Assembly (NCBI RefSeq): GCF_006016075.1
Contig: NZ_CP040093.1
Coordinates: 1,239,069 to 1,303,068 of the forward strand
Origin: Caloramator sp. E03
GTDB taxonomy: Bacteria; Bacillota; Clostridia; Clostridiales; Caloramatoraceae
DNA length: 64,000 bases
Direction of reading: 5' to 3'
Positions 30,857 to 40,930 of the stretch are shown piece after piece. The stretch's first letter is position 1; each line of letters begins with the position of its first letter. The notes beneath the pieces are model-generated. The model ran no database searches. It was not told where the DNA came from and saw nothing but the letters and a program-made list of their open reading frames with translations. Both the position numbers and the translations under genes were made by a program.

Positions 30857-31102
30857 AAAATCATCCTCTATTTAAAAAATAATGTTGAAAAAATGAACTT
30901 TTAAACTATTAATATTTTAATCTATATCTAAATTATATTTTTAATATTAATAATTACAACCATTTTGAAGGTACTTTTCTTTTCCAATCAAATAGGAAAA
31001 ATTAAACTTTTATAAAATCCTAAAGTTAAAATCTCAAATATCTTTAATCTTATTTGATATTTTTACAAAAGAAGATGTATAATTGAAATAGGAGGTGGTA
31101 AA

Positions 31103-31474
31103 ATGTTGTATTTATGGATATTGATTTCGCTCGTTGCAATATTAATAGATATTTTAACAAGCAGTTTTCTCTTCTTTAGCTTTGCAATCGGTGGTATAGC
31201 TGCACTTTTATCATATACCCTTAATGCTTCAGTTATGGTACAAATAGGGCTCTTTCTTATCCTTAGCATAATATCAATACTCTGGGCAGCTCCTTTTGTT
31301 AAAAGAGTATTAACTAAAACGCCTCCGGCATTTAAAACTATGGAGCAAAACTACATCGGAAAAATAGTAACAGCACAGGAAGATATAAAAGACAAATCTC
31401 AAATAAAATATCAGGGAATCTACTGGTATGCTGTAAATCATGGGGAACCAATAAAAAGGGGGACAAATTTATAA
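31103..31474 (+). CDS. NfeD-family membrane protein (short form)
   Basis: 123 aa, 3-4 TM + C-terminal OB-fold-like; immediately upstream of SPFH gene. Confidence 0.7.
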   Translation: MLYLWILISLVAILIDILTSSFLFFSFAIGGIAALLSYTLNASVMVQIGLFLILSIISILWAAPFVKRVLTKTPPAFKTMEQNYIGKIVTAQEDIKDKSQIKYQGIYWYAVNHGEPIKRGTNL

Positions 31475-31529
31475 TTAAATCAATAGAAGGAAATAAATTA
31501 GTAATTGAAAAGTTAAAGGAGGAAATTAA

Positions 31530-32471
31530 ATGATATTAATAAGCAGACTTTTCTTTTTAATCCTGTTGTTTTTTATTCTTATAATATTGTTCTCATCAAT
31601 TAAAATAGTAAACACTGGATATCTCTATGTAGTTGAAAGGTTCGGTCAATTTCACAGGATATTAGAGCCTGGCTGGCATATTATAATACCATTTATTGAC
31701 TTTGTAAGGGCAAAGCTTTCAACAAAGCAGCAGATTTTAGACATTGAACCTCAGTCCGTTATTACAAAAGATAATGTTAAAATATCAATAGATAATGTAA
31801 TTTTCTACAAACTCATGAATGCAAAGGATGCAGTATATAATATTGAAAACTATAAATCTGGTATTATATATTCAACAATTACAAACATGAGAAACATAGT
31901 AGGAAACATGACTTTAGATGAGGTTTTATCTGGAAGGGATAAGATAAACGCTGAACTTTTAAGAGTTGTTGATGAAATAACAGATGCTTATGGAATTAAA
32001 ATACTATCTGTTGAAATTAAAAACATTATTCCTCCTTCAGAAATTCAGCAGGCTATGGAAAAGCAAATGAAGGCAGAAAGAGATAAAAGAGCAGCTATTC
32101 TTCAAGCTGAAGGTGAAAAGCAAAGTGCAATTGCAAGGGCAGAAGGTCAAAAGCAGTCTATGATATTACAAGCTGAAGCTGAAAGGGAAGCTAATATAAG
32201 ACGTGCTGAAGGTATGAGGGAGGCACAGCTTCTTGAGGCAGAAGGTAAAGCTATGGCTATGGAAAGAATAGCCAAAGCCCAGGCTGAAGCAATAATGAAA
32301 GTAAATAAAGCTATACACGAATCAAATACCGATGAAGTTGTAATTGCTCTAAAGCAGGTTGAAGCCCTTATTGAAATGGCTAAAAATCCTGCAAATAAAC
32401 TTGTTCTCCCAAATGAAGTAATATCAACTTTAGGAAGTATTTCAGCAGTTGCAGATATGCTTAAAAAGTAA
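31530..32471 (+). CDS. SPFH/band-7 (stomatin/flotillin FloA-like) protein
   Basis: 313 aa, N-terminal TM, SPFH domain, C-terminal Ala/Glu-rich coiled-coil. Confidence 0.8.
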   Translation: MILISRLFFLILLFFILIILFSSIKIVNTGYLYVVERFGQFHRILEPGWHIIIPFIDFVRAKLSTKQQILDIEPQSVITKDNVKISIDNVIFYKLMNAKDAVYNIENYKSGIIYSTITNMRNIVGNMTLDEVLSGRDKINAELLRVVDEITDAYGIKILSVEIKNIIPPSEIQQAMEKQMKAERDKRAAILQAEGEKQSAIARAEGQKQSMILQAEAEREANIRRAEGMREAQLLEAEGKAMAMERIAKAQAEAIMKVNKAIHESNTDEVVIALKQVEALIEMAKNPANKLVLPNEVISTLGSISAVADMLKK

Positions 32472-32505
32472 AGCAATAAGCCGCCAAGCATTTTGGTGGC
32501 TTATT
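32472..32505 (+). terminator. Intrinsic terminator after SPFH gene
   Basis: aagccgccaag...cttggtggctt + T7. Confidence 0.7.
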
Positions 32506-32559
32506 TTTTTATAGAATATCATATAGAATTAGTTTATAATATATTATATTAGGCTTTCT

Positions 32560-32650
32560 AATGCCAAGGATAATCTAAGGCAGAGGAATTTGCCAAAAGT
32601 CAGGTTTTATGCCTTTTGAGCTTTCCTCAAAGGGTTTTTTTATTTCAAAG
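32560..32650 (+). promoter_or_regulatory. Structured leader upstream of hydE with terminator-like hairpin adjacent to the RBS (putative attenuator/riboswitch)
   Basis: gccttttgag-ctttcc-ctcaaagg followed by gttttttta (32607-32640) immediately 5' of RBS ggagg; preceding 50 nt can form an alternative pairing. Confidence 0.3.
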
Positions 32651-32660
32651 GAGGAATATC

Positions 32661-33710
32661 ATGAATTTAAAACAAACTATAGATAAACTTTATAATACAA
32701 ACAGTCTTGACGAAGGGGAAATTCTTTTTCTTCTTGATAATATTGACGATAGTTCCCTTGAATATATAAGACAAAAAGCCCTTGAAACAAGAATAAAATA
32801 TTATGAAGATAAAGTTTTTTTAAGAGGGCTAATAGAATTTACAAATTACTGCAAAAATGACTGTATGTACTGCGGAATACGTGCATCTAACAAAAATGCT
32901 CAAAGATATAGATTAAATAAAGATGAAATATTAAAAGCCTGCAGCGTTGGATACAATCTTGGCTTTAGAACCTTTGTACTCCAAGGTGGAGAAGATCCTT
33001 ACTTTGATGATGAAAAAGTTATAGATATTATAAGCAGCATAAAAGAAAAGTTCCCTTCATGTGCTATAACATTATCAATAGGTGAAAAGTCCTTTGAATC
33101 CTACAAAAAATACTTTGATGCAGGAGCAGACAGATACCTTTTAAGGCATGAAACAGCATCTAAAGGATTATATAAAACCCTTCATCCAAATATGAGCTTT
33201 GAAAACAGAATAGAATGCCTTTATAATCTTAAAAAAATAGGCTATCAGGTTGGTGCGGGATTTATGATAGGACTTCCAAAACAGACTAATGAAGATTTTG
33301 TAAATGACCTAATGTTTCTTAAAAAACTTGAGCCTCACATGGTTGGAATAGGCCCCTTTATTCCACATAAGGATACTCCGCTTCACGGCGAAAAGGGAGG
33401 CGATTTAAAAACAACACTAACCCTTTTATCTATAATAAGACTGCTTCTTCCAAAGGTACTTTTACCTTCGACAACAGCCCTTGGAACTATTCACCCTAAA
33501 GGGCGCGAAATGGGCCTTTTACATGGTGCTAATGTTGTTATGCCAAACCTATCTCCAGTTGAAGTTAGAGAAAAATATTCTCTTTACGATGGAAAGATAT
33601 GTACAGGGGAAGAGGCTGCAGAATGCAGAAGCTGTTTAGAAAACAGGATTAGAAGTACAGGTTTTGTTACCGATATGAGCCGTGGGGATCATATAGAATG
33701 GGAAAAATAA
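32661..33710 (+). CDS. hydE: [FeFe]-hydrogenase H-cluster radical-SAM maturase HydE
   Basis: Biotin-synthase-like radical SAM with CKNDCMYCG motif; HydE-like length and termini. Start set at ATG 32661 after RBS ggagg. Confidence 0.75.
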   Translation: MNLKQTIDKLYNTNSLDEGEILFLLDNIDDSSLEYIRQKALETRIKYYEDKVFLRGLIEFTNYCKNDCMYCGIRASNKNAQRYRLNKDEILKACSVGYNLGFRTFVLQGGEDPYFDDEKVIDIISSIKEKFPSCAITLSIGEKSFESYKKYFDAGADRYLLRHETASKGLYKTLHPNMSFENRIECLYNLKKIGYQVGAGFMIGLPKQTNEDFVNDLMFLKKLEPHMVGIGPFIPHKDTPLHGEKGGDLKTTLTLLSIIRLLLPKVLLPSTTALGTIHPKGREMGLLHGANVVMPNLSPVEVREKYSLYDGKICTGEEAAECRSCLENRIRSTGFVTDMSRGDHIEWEK

Positions 33711-33711
33711 A

Positions 33712-35670
33712 CTATTCAATGCTATCTAAGGATAATATCATCCCATCTAAGGGATTTAAATTCAGATGTAAATATCCTTCTTCTATATCTATTTTACTTT
33801 CTTTTAAAATATCATAAGCTGCCCTCTTTTTTAAATTCTTTAAATCGATACTTATATTTTGAGATTCAACAGGGTTTCTATTAACAATAATTAAAAAATG
33901 CCCATTATTTTTACTATTATTAAAAGTATCAAATCCATTTTCAATATATCTAAAAAAAGCAAAAACATCATCATTAATTGCAAAAGGACTAAACACTCCT
34001 GTTTTTAGGGCATCATTTTGATGCCTTATTTTTATTATTTTAATATAATAATTTAAAATATCATCGTCTTCAAATTCCCACGGAAATGTTCTTCTGTTGA
34101 AAGGATCTTCATATCCTTCAAGTCCTGCCTCGTCCCCATAGTATATACAAGGTACTCCTGGTAAAGTCATCTGTAAAAGTACAGCAACTTTTAACCTCTT
34201 TTTTGCAAGTTCTCTTTTTTCGTAAGTTAATTTGAATTTTGCCTTTTCCTCTTTGCTCATAACATTCCCTTCAGGGGCATCCCCTAGAACAGTCAGTATC
34301 CTTGCAACATCATGACTCCCAAGGAGATTTAAAAGGCTGTAAAAACACTCTCTGGGATAGTTTTCATAGATATTCATAATTGCTTTATAAAACCTTTCAG
34401 CATCCCATCTTCCAAGCAGAAAATTAATAATCATATTTCTAAAGGGATAGTTCATCACGCTGTCAAGTTCTTCTCCTAAAAGATATCTTCTCCTTTTACC
34501 ATAAGATATCTTATTTGAAGCATCTTCCCAAACCTCACCTATTATCACAGCATCACTATCTATGCTTTTAACTTCCTTTCTAAACTCCTCTAAAAACTCA
34601 TCGGGTATTTCATCAACAACATCAAGTCTCCAGCCTTTTGCACCATATTTTATCCACATTTTAGCAATACTATCATTATTTCTAATTATAAAGTCCATAT
34701 AAGAAGGCTCAAGTTCATTAACACTTGGCAGAGTATCAAAACCCCACCAGCTCTCATATTTATCAGGATGCTCAATAAACCTGTACCACTTATAATAGGG
34801 GGAATCTTTTGATTGATAGGCTCCAATTGAGTTATATCTTCCATATTTATTAAAATAAACGCTATCACTTCCAGTATGATTAAAAACACCATCTAAAATA
34901 ATTCTAATTCCAAATTCCTTTGCCTTTTTACAAAGCTCTTTAAATATTTCATTGCTACCAAACATAGAATCAATCTTAGTATAATCCCCTGTATCATACT
35001 TATGATTTGAATAGGCTTCAAATATTGGATTTAAGTAAAGCACATCTACCCCTAGCTTCTTTAAATATGGAAGCTTTTTAATAATACCTAAAAGATTCCC
35101 TCCAAAAAAATCATTGGCTTCATATCTTCCTGTTAAAGGATTTTCCTTATACTCAGGAGTTTCATACCAGTTTGAGTGAATAACTATATTTTGTTTAGCA
35201 TCTATATTTCCGTTTTCATTTCCATTATAAAACCTATCTACAAATATCTGATATGCTACAGCCTCTTTAAACCAGTTTGGAGTTTTGAAATCTTTTTTAT
35301 ATACTGTTATTTGATAGGATTTACCTTGAAAATCTAAAAGTATTCCCTCGCCTCCAAGCATCTCATCATTATTACAGTAATAATAGATTTTATCATTTAA
35401 CTGAATTAAAAACTGGTACCAAATAAGCCCCCTTTTATCAGCTATAAAAGAAGCTTCATAAATATCGAAGCCCTCATTAGAATATACTTTAATCATCTCT
35501 ATATTTTCCTCTATATCTTTCCATATCATAAGATAAACCTTATTAACCTCTGTCGTGCTGCTAATCTTTATTCTTATTGTTACCCTTTCTTCTTCAGCGA
35601 CTGCTCCAAAGGGATTCCGATAAAATATTTCATAAGAGTTGTGGTATGCTACCTTAACCATTTGCTGCAC
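33712..35670 (-). CDS. GH13 alpha-glucan hydrolase (neopullulanase/maltogenic-amylase-like) with N-terminal domain
   Basis: 652 aa; GH13 conserved regions (DGVFNH, GWRLDVVDE, EVWE, GSHD); last gene of glycogen operon. Confidence 0.7.
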   Translation of the reverse strand: MQQMVKVAYHNSYEIFYRNPFGAVAEEERVTIRIKISSTTEVNKVYLMIWKDIEENIEMIKVYSNEGFDIYEASFIADKRGLIWYQFLIQLNDKIYYYCNNDEMLGGEGILLDFQGKSYQITVYKKDFKTPNWFKEAVAYQIFVDRFYNGNENGNIDAKQNIVIHSNWYETPEYKENPLTGRYEANDFFGGNLLGIIKKLPYLKKLGVDVLYLNPIFEAYSNHKYDTGDYTKIDSMFGSNEIFKELCKKAKEFGIRIILDGVFNHTGSDSVYFNKYGRYNSIGAYQSKDSPYYKWYRFIEHPDKYESWWGFDTLPSVNELEPSYMDFIIRNNDSIAKMWIKYGAKGWRLDVVDEIPDEFLEEFRKEVKSIDSDAVIIGEVWEDASNKISYGKRRRYLLGEELDSVMNYPFRNMIINFLLGRWDAERFYKAIMNIYENYPRECFYSLLNLLGSHDVARILTVLGDAPEGNVMSKEEKAKFKLTYEKRELAKKRLKVAVLLQMTLPGVPCIYYGDEAGLEGYEDPFNRRTFPWEFEDDDILNYYIKIIKIRHQNDALKTGVFSPFAINDDVFAFFRYIENGFDTFNNSKNNGHFLIIVNRNPVESQNISIDLKNLKKRAAYDILKESKIDIEEGYLHLNLNPLDGMILSLDSIE

Positions 35671-35693
35671 TCCTTCACTGAACTAAACAAAAA

Positions 35694-37079
35694 CTATTCT
35701 AATACCATTCTATAAAGAGATGCATATTTTTGTGCAGTTTTTTCTATTGAATTATCGCATTTCATTGCATTTTTAACTATTATATCCCACTTTTTAGTAT
35801 TATATAACTCTAGGGCGGTATTAATTCTATCTAAAAGTCTTTCACTATCATATTCCTCAAAACAAAATCCATTTCCGTTTTTCTCATCGAAGGTAAAATC
35901 TATTATCGTATCCTTAAGTCCTCCTGTACTTCTAACTATCGGTATACTTCCATATCTTAAAGCAATTATATTTGATATTCCACAGGGCTCATATAAAGAT
36001 GGCATTAAGAGTATATCACTTGATGCATAGATCCTTTTTGCAAGAACCTCATTATATTCAAAAATTGCTTTCATCTTACCTTTCATATTGTTTTGCATAT
36101 TGGTAAAAATTTGTTCATAGTAAATATTTTTAGAGCCTAAAAGAACAAACTGAAAGGGCTTTTTAATATTTAATACAGCATCATGTATTAGTTTAATTCC
36201 TTTCTCCTCCTCAAGCCTGCCTACTACTGCAATAAGAGGAACATCCAAAACTTCAAGTCCTAAATCCCTTTGAAGAGCCTCTTTGTTTTTCTTTTTGTTT
36301 TCTATGCTTTTTATACTATAAGGAAAAATCAAATCCCCTTCCTTTGAAGGATTATATTTTTCGTTATCTATTCCATTTATTATACCCTTTATTTTAATAT
36401 TTTTTTCTCTAATTATATCCTCCATTCCAAAGGAGTTTTCCATTATCTCTTTAGAATAAGCATCGCTCACAGTTGTAATAACATCAGAATATGCAAAACC
36501 TGACCTCATAAAATTTATAAAATTATTTTCCCCAAGATAGGATGCTTCTTCTTTTGATAATTCATCAACATATTCTGCCCCTATACATCCTTGATATTTT
36601 AAATTATGAATTGTAAATATAACCTTCCCTCCAAAGCCTTCTTTTTTAAGATATAAAGGTAAAAGTCCAGTGTGCCAGTCATTGCAGTGTATTATATCAG
36701 GTTTATATGGAATAACCTTTAACATGTTTAACACAGCCTTGCAGAAGAATAAAAATCTCTCACCATCATCGTAGTAGCTGTATACCTTGTCCCTATTGAA
36801 GTAGTAATCATTTACTATAAAATATGTTGCTATGTCATCATCTTTTTCGGCAGTTTTTATAATACATGTTTCATATTTATTATTAATTTTAACTGGGAAA
36901 TCTGCCTTATACCTTACTTTACAGTATGAACCCCTATAAAAAGGAGTAACCCTTTTTATATCAATATTCTGATTAAAAAGCCATTTTGGAAGGCTCTCAC
37001 TTATCTGACCTAATCCTCCAACCTTTGCATAAGGAAAGCACTCTGCAGTTACAAACAACACTTTAATTTTTCTTTTCAT
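35694..37079 (-). CDS. glgA: Glycogen synthase paralog (GT5, GlgA-like), second copy
   Basis: KVLFVTAECFPYAKVGGLG N-terminal ADP-glucose motif; start moved to internal ATG 37079 after RBS aaggggg to avoid overlap with upstream glgA. Confidence 0.75.
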   Translation of the reverse strand: MKRKIKVLFVTAECFPYAKVGGLGQISESLPKWLFNQNIDIKRVTPFYRGSYCKVRYKADFPVKINNKYETCIIKTAEKDDDIATYFIVNDYYFNRDKVYSYYDDGERFLFFCKAVLNMLKVIPYKPDIIHCNDWHTGLLPLYLKKEGFGGKVIFTIHNLKYQGCIGAEYVDELSKEEASYLGENNFINFMRSGFAYSDVITTVSDAYSKEIMENSFGMEDIIREKNIKIKGIINGIDNEKYNPSKEGDLIFPYSIKSIENKKKNKEALQRDLGLEVLDVPLIAVVGRLEEEKGIKLIHDAVLNIKKPFQFVLLGSKNIYYEQIFTNMQNNMKGKMKAIFEYNEVLAKRIYASSDILLMPSLYEPCGISNIIALRYGSIPIVRSTGGLKDTIIDFTFDEKNGNGFCFEEYDSERLLDRINTALELYNTKKWDIIVKNAMKCDNSIEKTAQKYASLYRMVLE

Positions 37080-37113
37080 ATAACAAACCCCCTTGTTCTT
37101 TTGTATATATTTT

Positions 37114-38535
37114 TTATAAAAGTTTATTATAAAGCTCAATATATTTATCTGCGGAAGAACTCCAGCTTAAGTCAGTTTCCATTCCTCTTTTTACAAGCCT
37201 TTCCCAAACACCTCTGTTGTAATAAAAATCTACTGCTCTTTTTATTGTATAGAGCATATCGTGAGCATTATAATTTTTAAAGCTAAAACCATTTCCACTT
37301 CCGTCAAACTCATTATAGGAAGTTACAGTATCCGAAAGTCCTCCCGTTTCCCTAACTATAGGAATCGTGCCGTATCTTAATGCAATCATTTGAGAAAGAC
37401 CACAGGGTTCAAATAATGACGGCATTAAAAACATATCACTCCCTGCATATATTCTGTGGGCAAGAGTATCATCAAATTTTATGTTGGCTGATACTTTTTC
37501 TGTATAATTCTGTTGTGCCCTTTTAAACATATCTTCATATTTATAATCCCCTGTACCAAGAACTATAAGCTGTAAGTCCATATTTAATATCTCATTAAGT
37601 ACACACTCTATTAAGTCAAAACCCTTTTGAGGAACAAGCCTTGATATAATTCCAATTATCGGAACATCCCTCTGGGGAAGATTTAGCTGTCTTTGAAGTT
37701 CTACCTTGTTTACTTTTTTATCCTTTATACTATTTACATCATAATTTTTAAATATTAGTTTATCCTTCATGGGATTATACTCATCATAATCAATCCCATT
37801 TAATATCCCATAGAGCTGCCAATCCCTTGCCTTTAAAAGTCCTTCAAGTTTTTCTCCAAAAAATGGATATTGTATCTCTTTAGCATAAGTATAACTTACA
37901 GTGGATATAAGGTTTGAATAAACAAGTCCCCCCTTCATATAATTTGCATCTCCATAAAACTCTAATTTATCAGGAGTAAAATATTCATCCCCTATTCCAA
38001 AAAGCTCATTGTAAACATCTTTTGAGAATATTCCCTGATATTTTAAATTATGTATTGTAAATAAAGTTTTTATATTTTTAAATTCCTGTCTCCATCTATA
38101 CTGTATTTCAAGAAGTGATGAAACCATCCCTGTTTGCCAGTCATTTAAATGCAGTATATCTGGCACCCCAATATGAGGCAGAACCTCTAATATTGCCCTT
38201 GAAAAAAAGGCAAACCTTTCCCCATCATCATAATATCCGTAAAAGTTGTCCCTCCCAAAGTAATATTCATTATCAATAAAATAAAAGTTAACCCCTTTAT
38301 ACTGCATTGTATTTATACCACAGTACTGATGTCTCCAACCCACATCAATATATATATACTTTATATGCCTTATTTCATCTTTTAGATGTTTTGGAATAGA
38401 TTTATATTGAGGGATTATAACGCTAATATCTACCCCTTTGTTTTTCAAGACAGGAGATAGCGAACCCACAACATCTGCTAATCCTCCACTTTTTGCAAAA
38501 GGTACTGCCTCCGATGCAGCAATTATGACCTTCAT
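37114..38535 (-). CDS. glgA: Glycogen synthase GlgA (GT5)
   Basis: 473 aa, MKVIIAASEAVPFAKSGGLADV N-terminus, GT5 C-terminal motifs. Confidence 0.85.
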   Translation of the reverse strand: MKVIIAASEAVPFAKSGGLADVVGSLSPVLKNKGVDISVIIPQYKSIPKHLKDEIRHIKYIYIDVGWRHQYCGINTMQYKGVNFYFIDNEYYFGRDNFYGYYDDGERFAFFSRAILEVLPHIGVPDILHLNDWQTGMVSSLLEIQYRWRQEFKNIKTLFTIHNLKYQGIFSKDVYNELFGIGDEYFTPDKLEFYGDANYMKGGLVYSNLISTVSYTYAKEIQYPFFGEKLEGLLKARDWQLYGILNGIDYDEYNPMKDKLIFKNYDVNSIKDKKVNKVELQRQLNLPQRDVPIIGIISRLVPQKGFDLIECVLNEILNMDLQLIVLGTGDYKYEDMFKRAQQNYTEKVSANIKFDDTLAHRIYAGSDMFLMPSLFEPCGLSQMIALRYGTIPIVRETGGLSDTVTSYNEFDGSGNGFSFKNYNAHDMLYTIKRAVDFYYNRGVWERLVKRGMETDLSWSSSADKYIELYNKLL

Positions 38536-38547
38536 TTATACATCCTC

Positions 38548-39666
38548 CTATATTACTTCACCCTTATTTATTGCAACTGGATAATTTTCAGTTCCAATTA
38601 AAGTTCTTCCTCTTTTTATAGTAACTTTTTTATCAAGTATAACGTGATCTAAAAAGGCATTTTCTTCTATCTCACATTCTTGAAATATTATGCTGTTTTT
38701 AATTTTAGCACCTTTATTTACCTTTACCCCCCTAAAGAGTATGCTGTTTTCAACTTCACCATCAACAATACACCCATCAGCTATAAGGCAATTTCTAACG
38801 AATGCATCTTCGCTGTATTTTGCAGGAACCTCATCTTTAACTCTTGTATATATTAATCCGTTTTTATAAAAAAGCTCATCCCTTATTTCCTTCTTCAAAA
38901 GTTCCATACTGAATCTATAATAAGTTGTTAATGAATCTATCCTTGCAAGGTATCCATTAAATTGATAAGCATACATATTTAACTTATTTATTTTTTTAAG
39001 TATTATATCCTTAACAAAATCCTCATATCCCCTAGCAACCGCTTCCTCAATTAAATATTCTAATAATTCCTTTTCTAAAAGGTACATTTTCATAGATACA
39101 TTATTTGACTTTGGAATAGTAGGATGCACTTCAATATCTATAATTCTTCCTTCATCATCCTTTTGAATAAGAGTATATTTTCTTAATTTATCCTTCCTTA
39201 TATTTTCCTCTTTATAAACAATAGTAATATCTGCACCTTTATTAATGTGGAACTCCTGCATATCTGAAAAATTTATGTTACATAACATGTGAGTTCCTGA
39301 AATCAATACGTATTTTTGATTTGTCTTTCTAATAAATCCCATTGCACTATGAAGTGCATCAATACTGCCCTTATACCATCCTGCAGTATCATGTATAGCA
39401 AAAGGAGATAATATAGATATCCCTTCCCTTTTTCTATCAAGCCCCCACTCCTTTCCTGTTCCTATATGATTAACTAAAGATGCATAATTGTTTTGAGTTA
39501 TAATTCCTACGTTTTTTATTCCTGAATTCACCATATTGGATAGTGTGAAGTCAATAAGCCTGTACCTTGCTCCAAAGGGCAGTGCTGCAATAGAACGTTT
39601 TTTTGTGAATTCCCTTATATCAACATCATCTTCAGCAGCATATATAATCCCAAGAGTGTCCTTCAT
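38548..39666 (-). CDS. glgD: Glucose-1-phosphate adenylyltransferase regulatory subunit GlgD
   Basis: GlgC paralog lacking full catalytic motifs, immediately after glgC; start set to ATG 39666 after RBS gaggagg. Confidence 0.8.
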   Translation of the reverse strand: MKDTLGIIYAAEDDVDIREFTKKRSIAALPFGARYRLIDFTLSNMVNSGIKNVGIITQNNYASLVNHIGTGKEWGLDRKREGISILSPFAIHDTAGWYKGSIDALHSAMGFIRKTNQKYVLISGTHMLCNINFSDMQEFHINKGADITIVYKEENIRKDKLRKYTLIQKDDEGRIIDIEVHPTIPKSNNVSMKMYLLEKELLEYLIEEAVARGYEDFVKDIILKKINKLNMYAYQFNGYLARIDSLTTYYRFSMELLKKEIRDELFYKNGLIYTRVKDEVPAKYSEDAFVRNCLIADGCIVDGEVENSILFRGVKVNKGAKIKNSIIFQECEIEENAFLDHVILDKKVTIKRGRTLIGTENYPVAINKGEVI

Positions 39667-39667
39667 A

Positions 39668-40930
39668 TTAATCCTCCTCACCTGTTATACTCTCACCTGA
39701 TTCAACATATTTAATGTCCTTAATGGATTCCCCTATAACAACGTTTTTTCCTATTGTAGTTTCATGGTCAATTATAATTTCGTTTATTATCACTGTTATA
39801 CCTGAAGAATAAATATTAGGTGCGAGCTTATTAGGCTTTATATCCCCCACTCCTATTTGACAGCTATCTCCAATTACAGCTCCTTCACCTATTATTGAAT
39901 TATAAATCTTTGTATTGTTACCAATTCTTACATTTGGCATTATGATGGAATTTACTACTTCTGAATTTTCACCAATATGGACTCCATAGAATACAACTGA
40001 ATGATATACTTTTCCGTAAACAGTACAGCCTTCAGTTATAATGCTTTTTTTAATCTGTGAATTCTTTGATGCAAAGTGAGGTGGCTGAATAGGATTTCTC
40101 CCATATATACGCCACTTTGGATCATACAAGTCAAATACTGGAGGAGTTTCAAGAAGATCCATGTTGGCTTCAAAATAACTCTGAATTGTTCCAACATCCT
40201 TCCAATATCCTTCAAAGGGATAGGCATATAAATTAAGACCATCCAAAAGCATATTAGGAATAACATTTTTACCAAAATCCTTCTCTGAATTAGAATTAAG
40301 TTCATCCTTTACCAAATATTCTTTCAAAACTTCCCATGTAAATACATATATTCCCATAGAAGCCTTATTGCTTTTGGGATGTTTGGGTTTTTCTTCAAAT
40401 TCATATATTTTATTATCATCATTAGTATTCATAATTCCAAACCTTGATGCATCTTTTATAGGTACATTTATTACTGCTATTGTTGCATCAGCATTCTTCT
40501 CTTTGTGATACCTTATCATACTGCTGTAATCCATTTTATATATGTGATCCCCTGATAATATGAGCACATACTTTGGATTGTACTGCTCAATAAACTCAAT
40601 ATTTTGATATATTGCATTTGCAGTACCTTTGTACCATTCTCCCCTTTTACTCTTTAAATAAGGTGGTAGAATATAAACCCCTCCATTTACCCTATCAAGG
40701 TCCCAGGGCTGACCTGTTCCTATGTAAGCATTTAGTTTAAGTGGTCTATATTGTGTCAGTACTCCAACAGTATCAATTCCAGAGTTAGTACAGTTACTTA
40801 GTGTAAAATCTATTATCCTGTACTTACCTCCAAAGGGAATAGCAGGCTTTGCAATATTCTTAGTTAAAATCCCCAGCCTGTTTCCCTGTCCCCCTGCAAG
40901 AAGCATTGCAATGCATTCCTTTGATATCAT
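39668..40930 (-). CDS. glgC: Glucose-1-phosphate adenylyltransferase GlgC
   Basis: [13 protein letters not shown]-transferase motif, C-terminal left-handed beta-helix repeats. Confidence 0.9.
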   Translation of the reverse strand: MISKECIAMLLAGGQGNRLGILTKNIAKPAIPFGGKYRIIDFTLSNCTNSGIDTVGVLTQYRPLKLNAYIGTGQPWDLDRVNGGVYILPPYLKSKRGEWYKGTANAIYQNIEFIEQYNPKYVLILSGDHIYKMDYSSMIRYHKEKNADATIAVINVPIKDASRFGIMNTNDDNKIYEFEEKPKHPKSNKASMGIYVFTWEVLKEYLVKDELNSNSEKDFGKNVIPNMLLDGLNLYAYPFEGYWKDVGTIQSYFEANMDLLETPPVFDLYDPKWRIYGRNPIQPPHFASKNSQIKKSIITEGCTVYGKVYHSVVFYGVHIGENSEVVNSIIMPNVRIGNNTKIYNSIIGEGAVIGDSCQIGVGDIKPNKLAPNIYSSGITVIINEIIIDHETTIGKNVVIGESIKDIKYVESGESITGEED

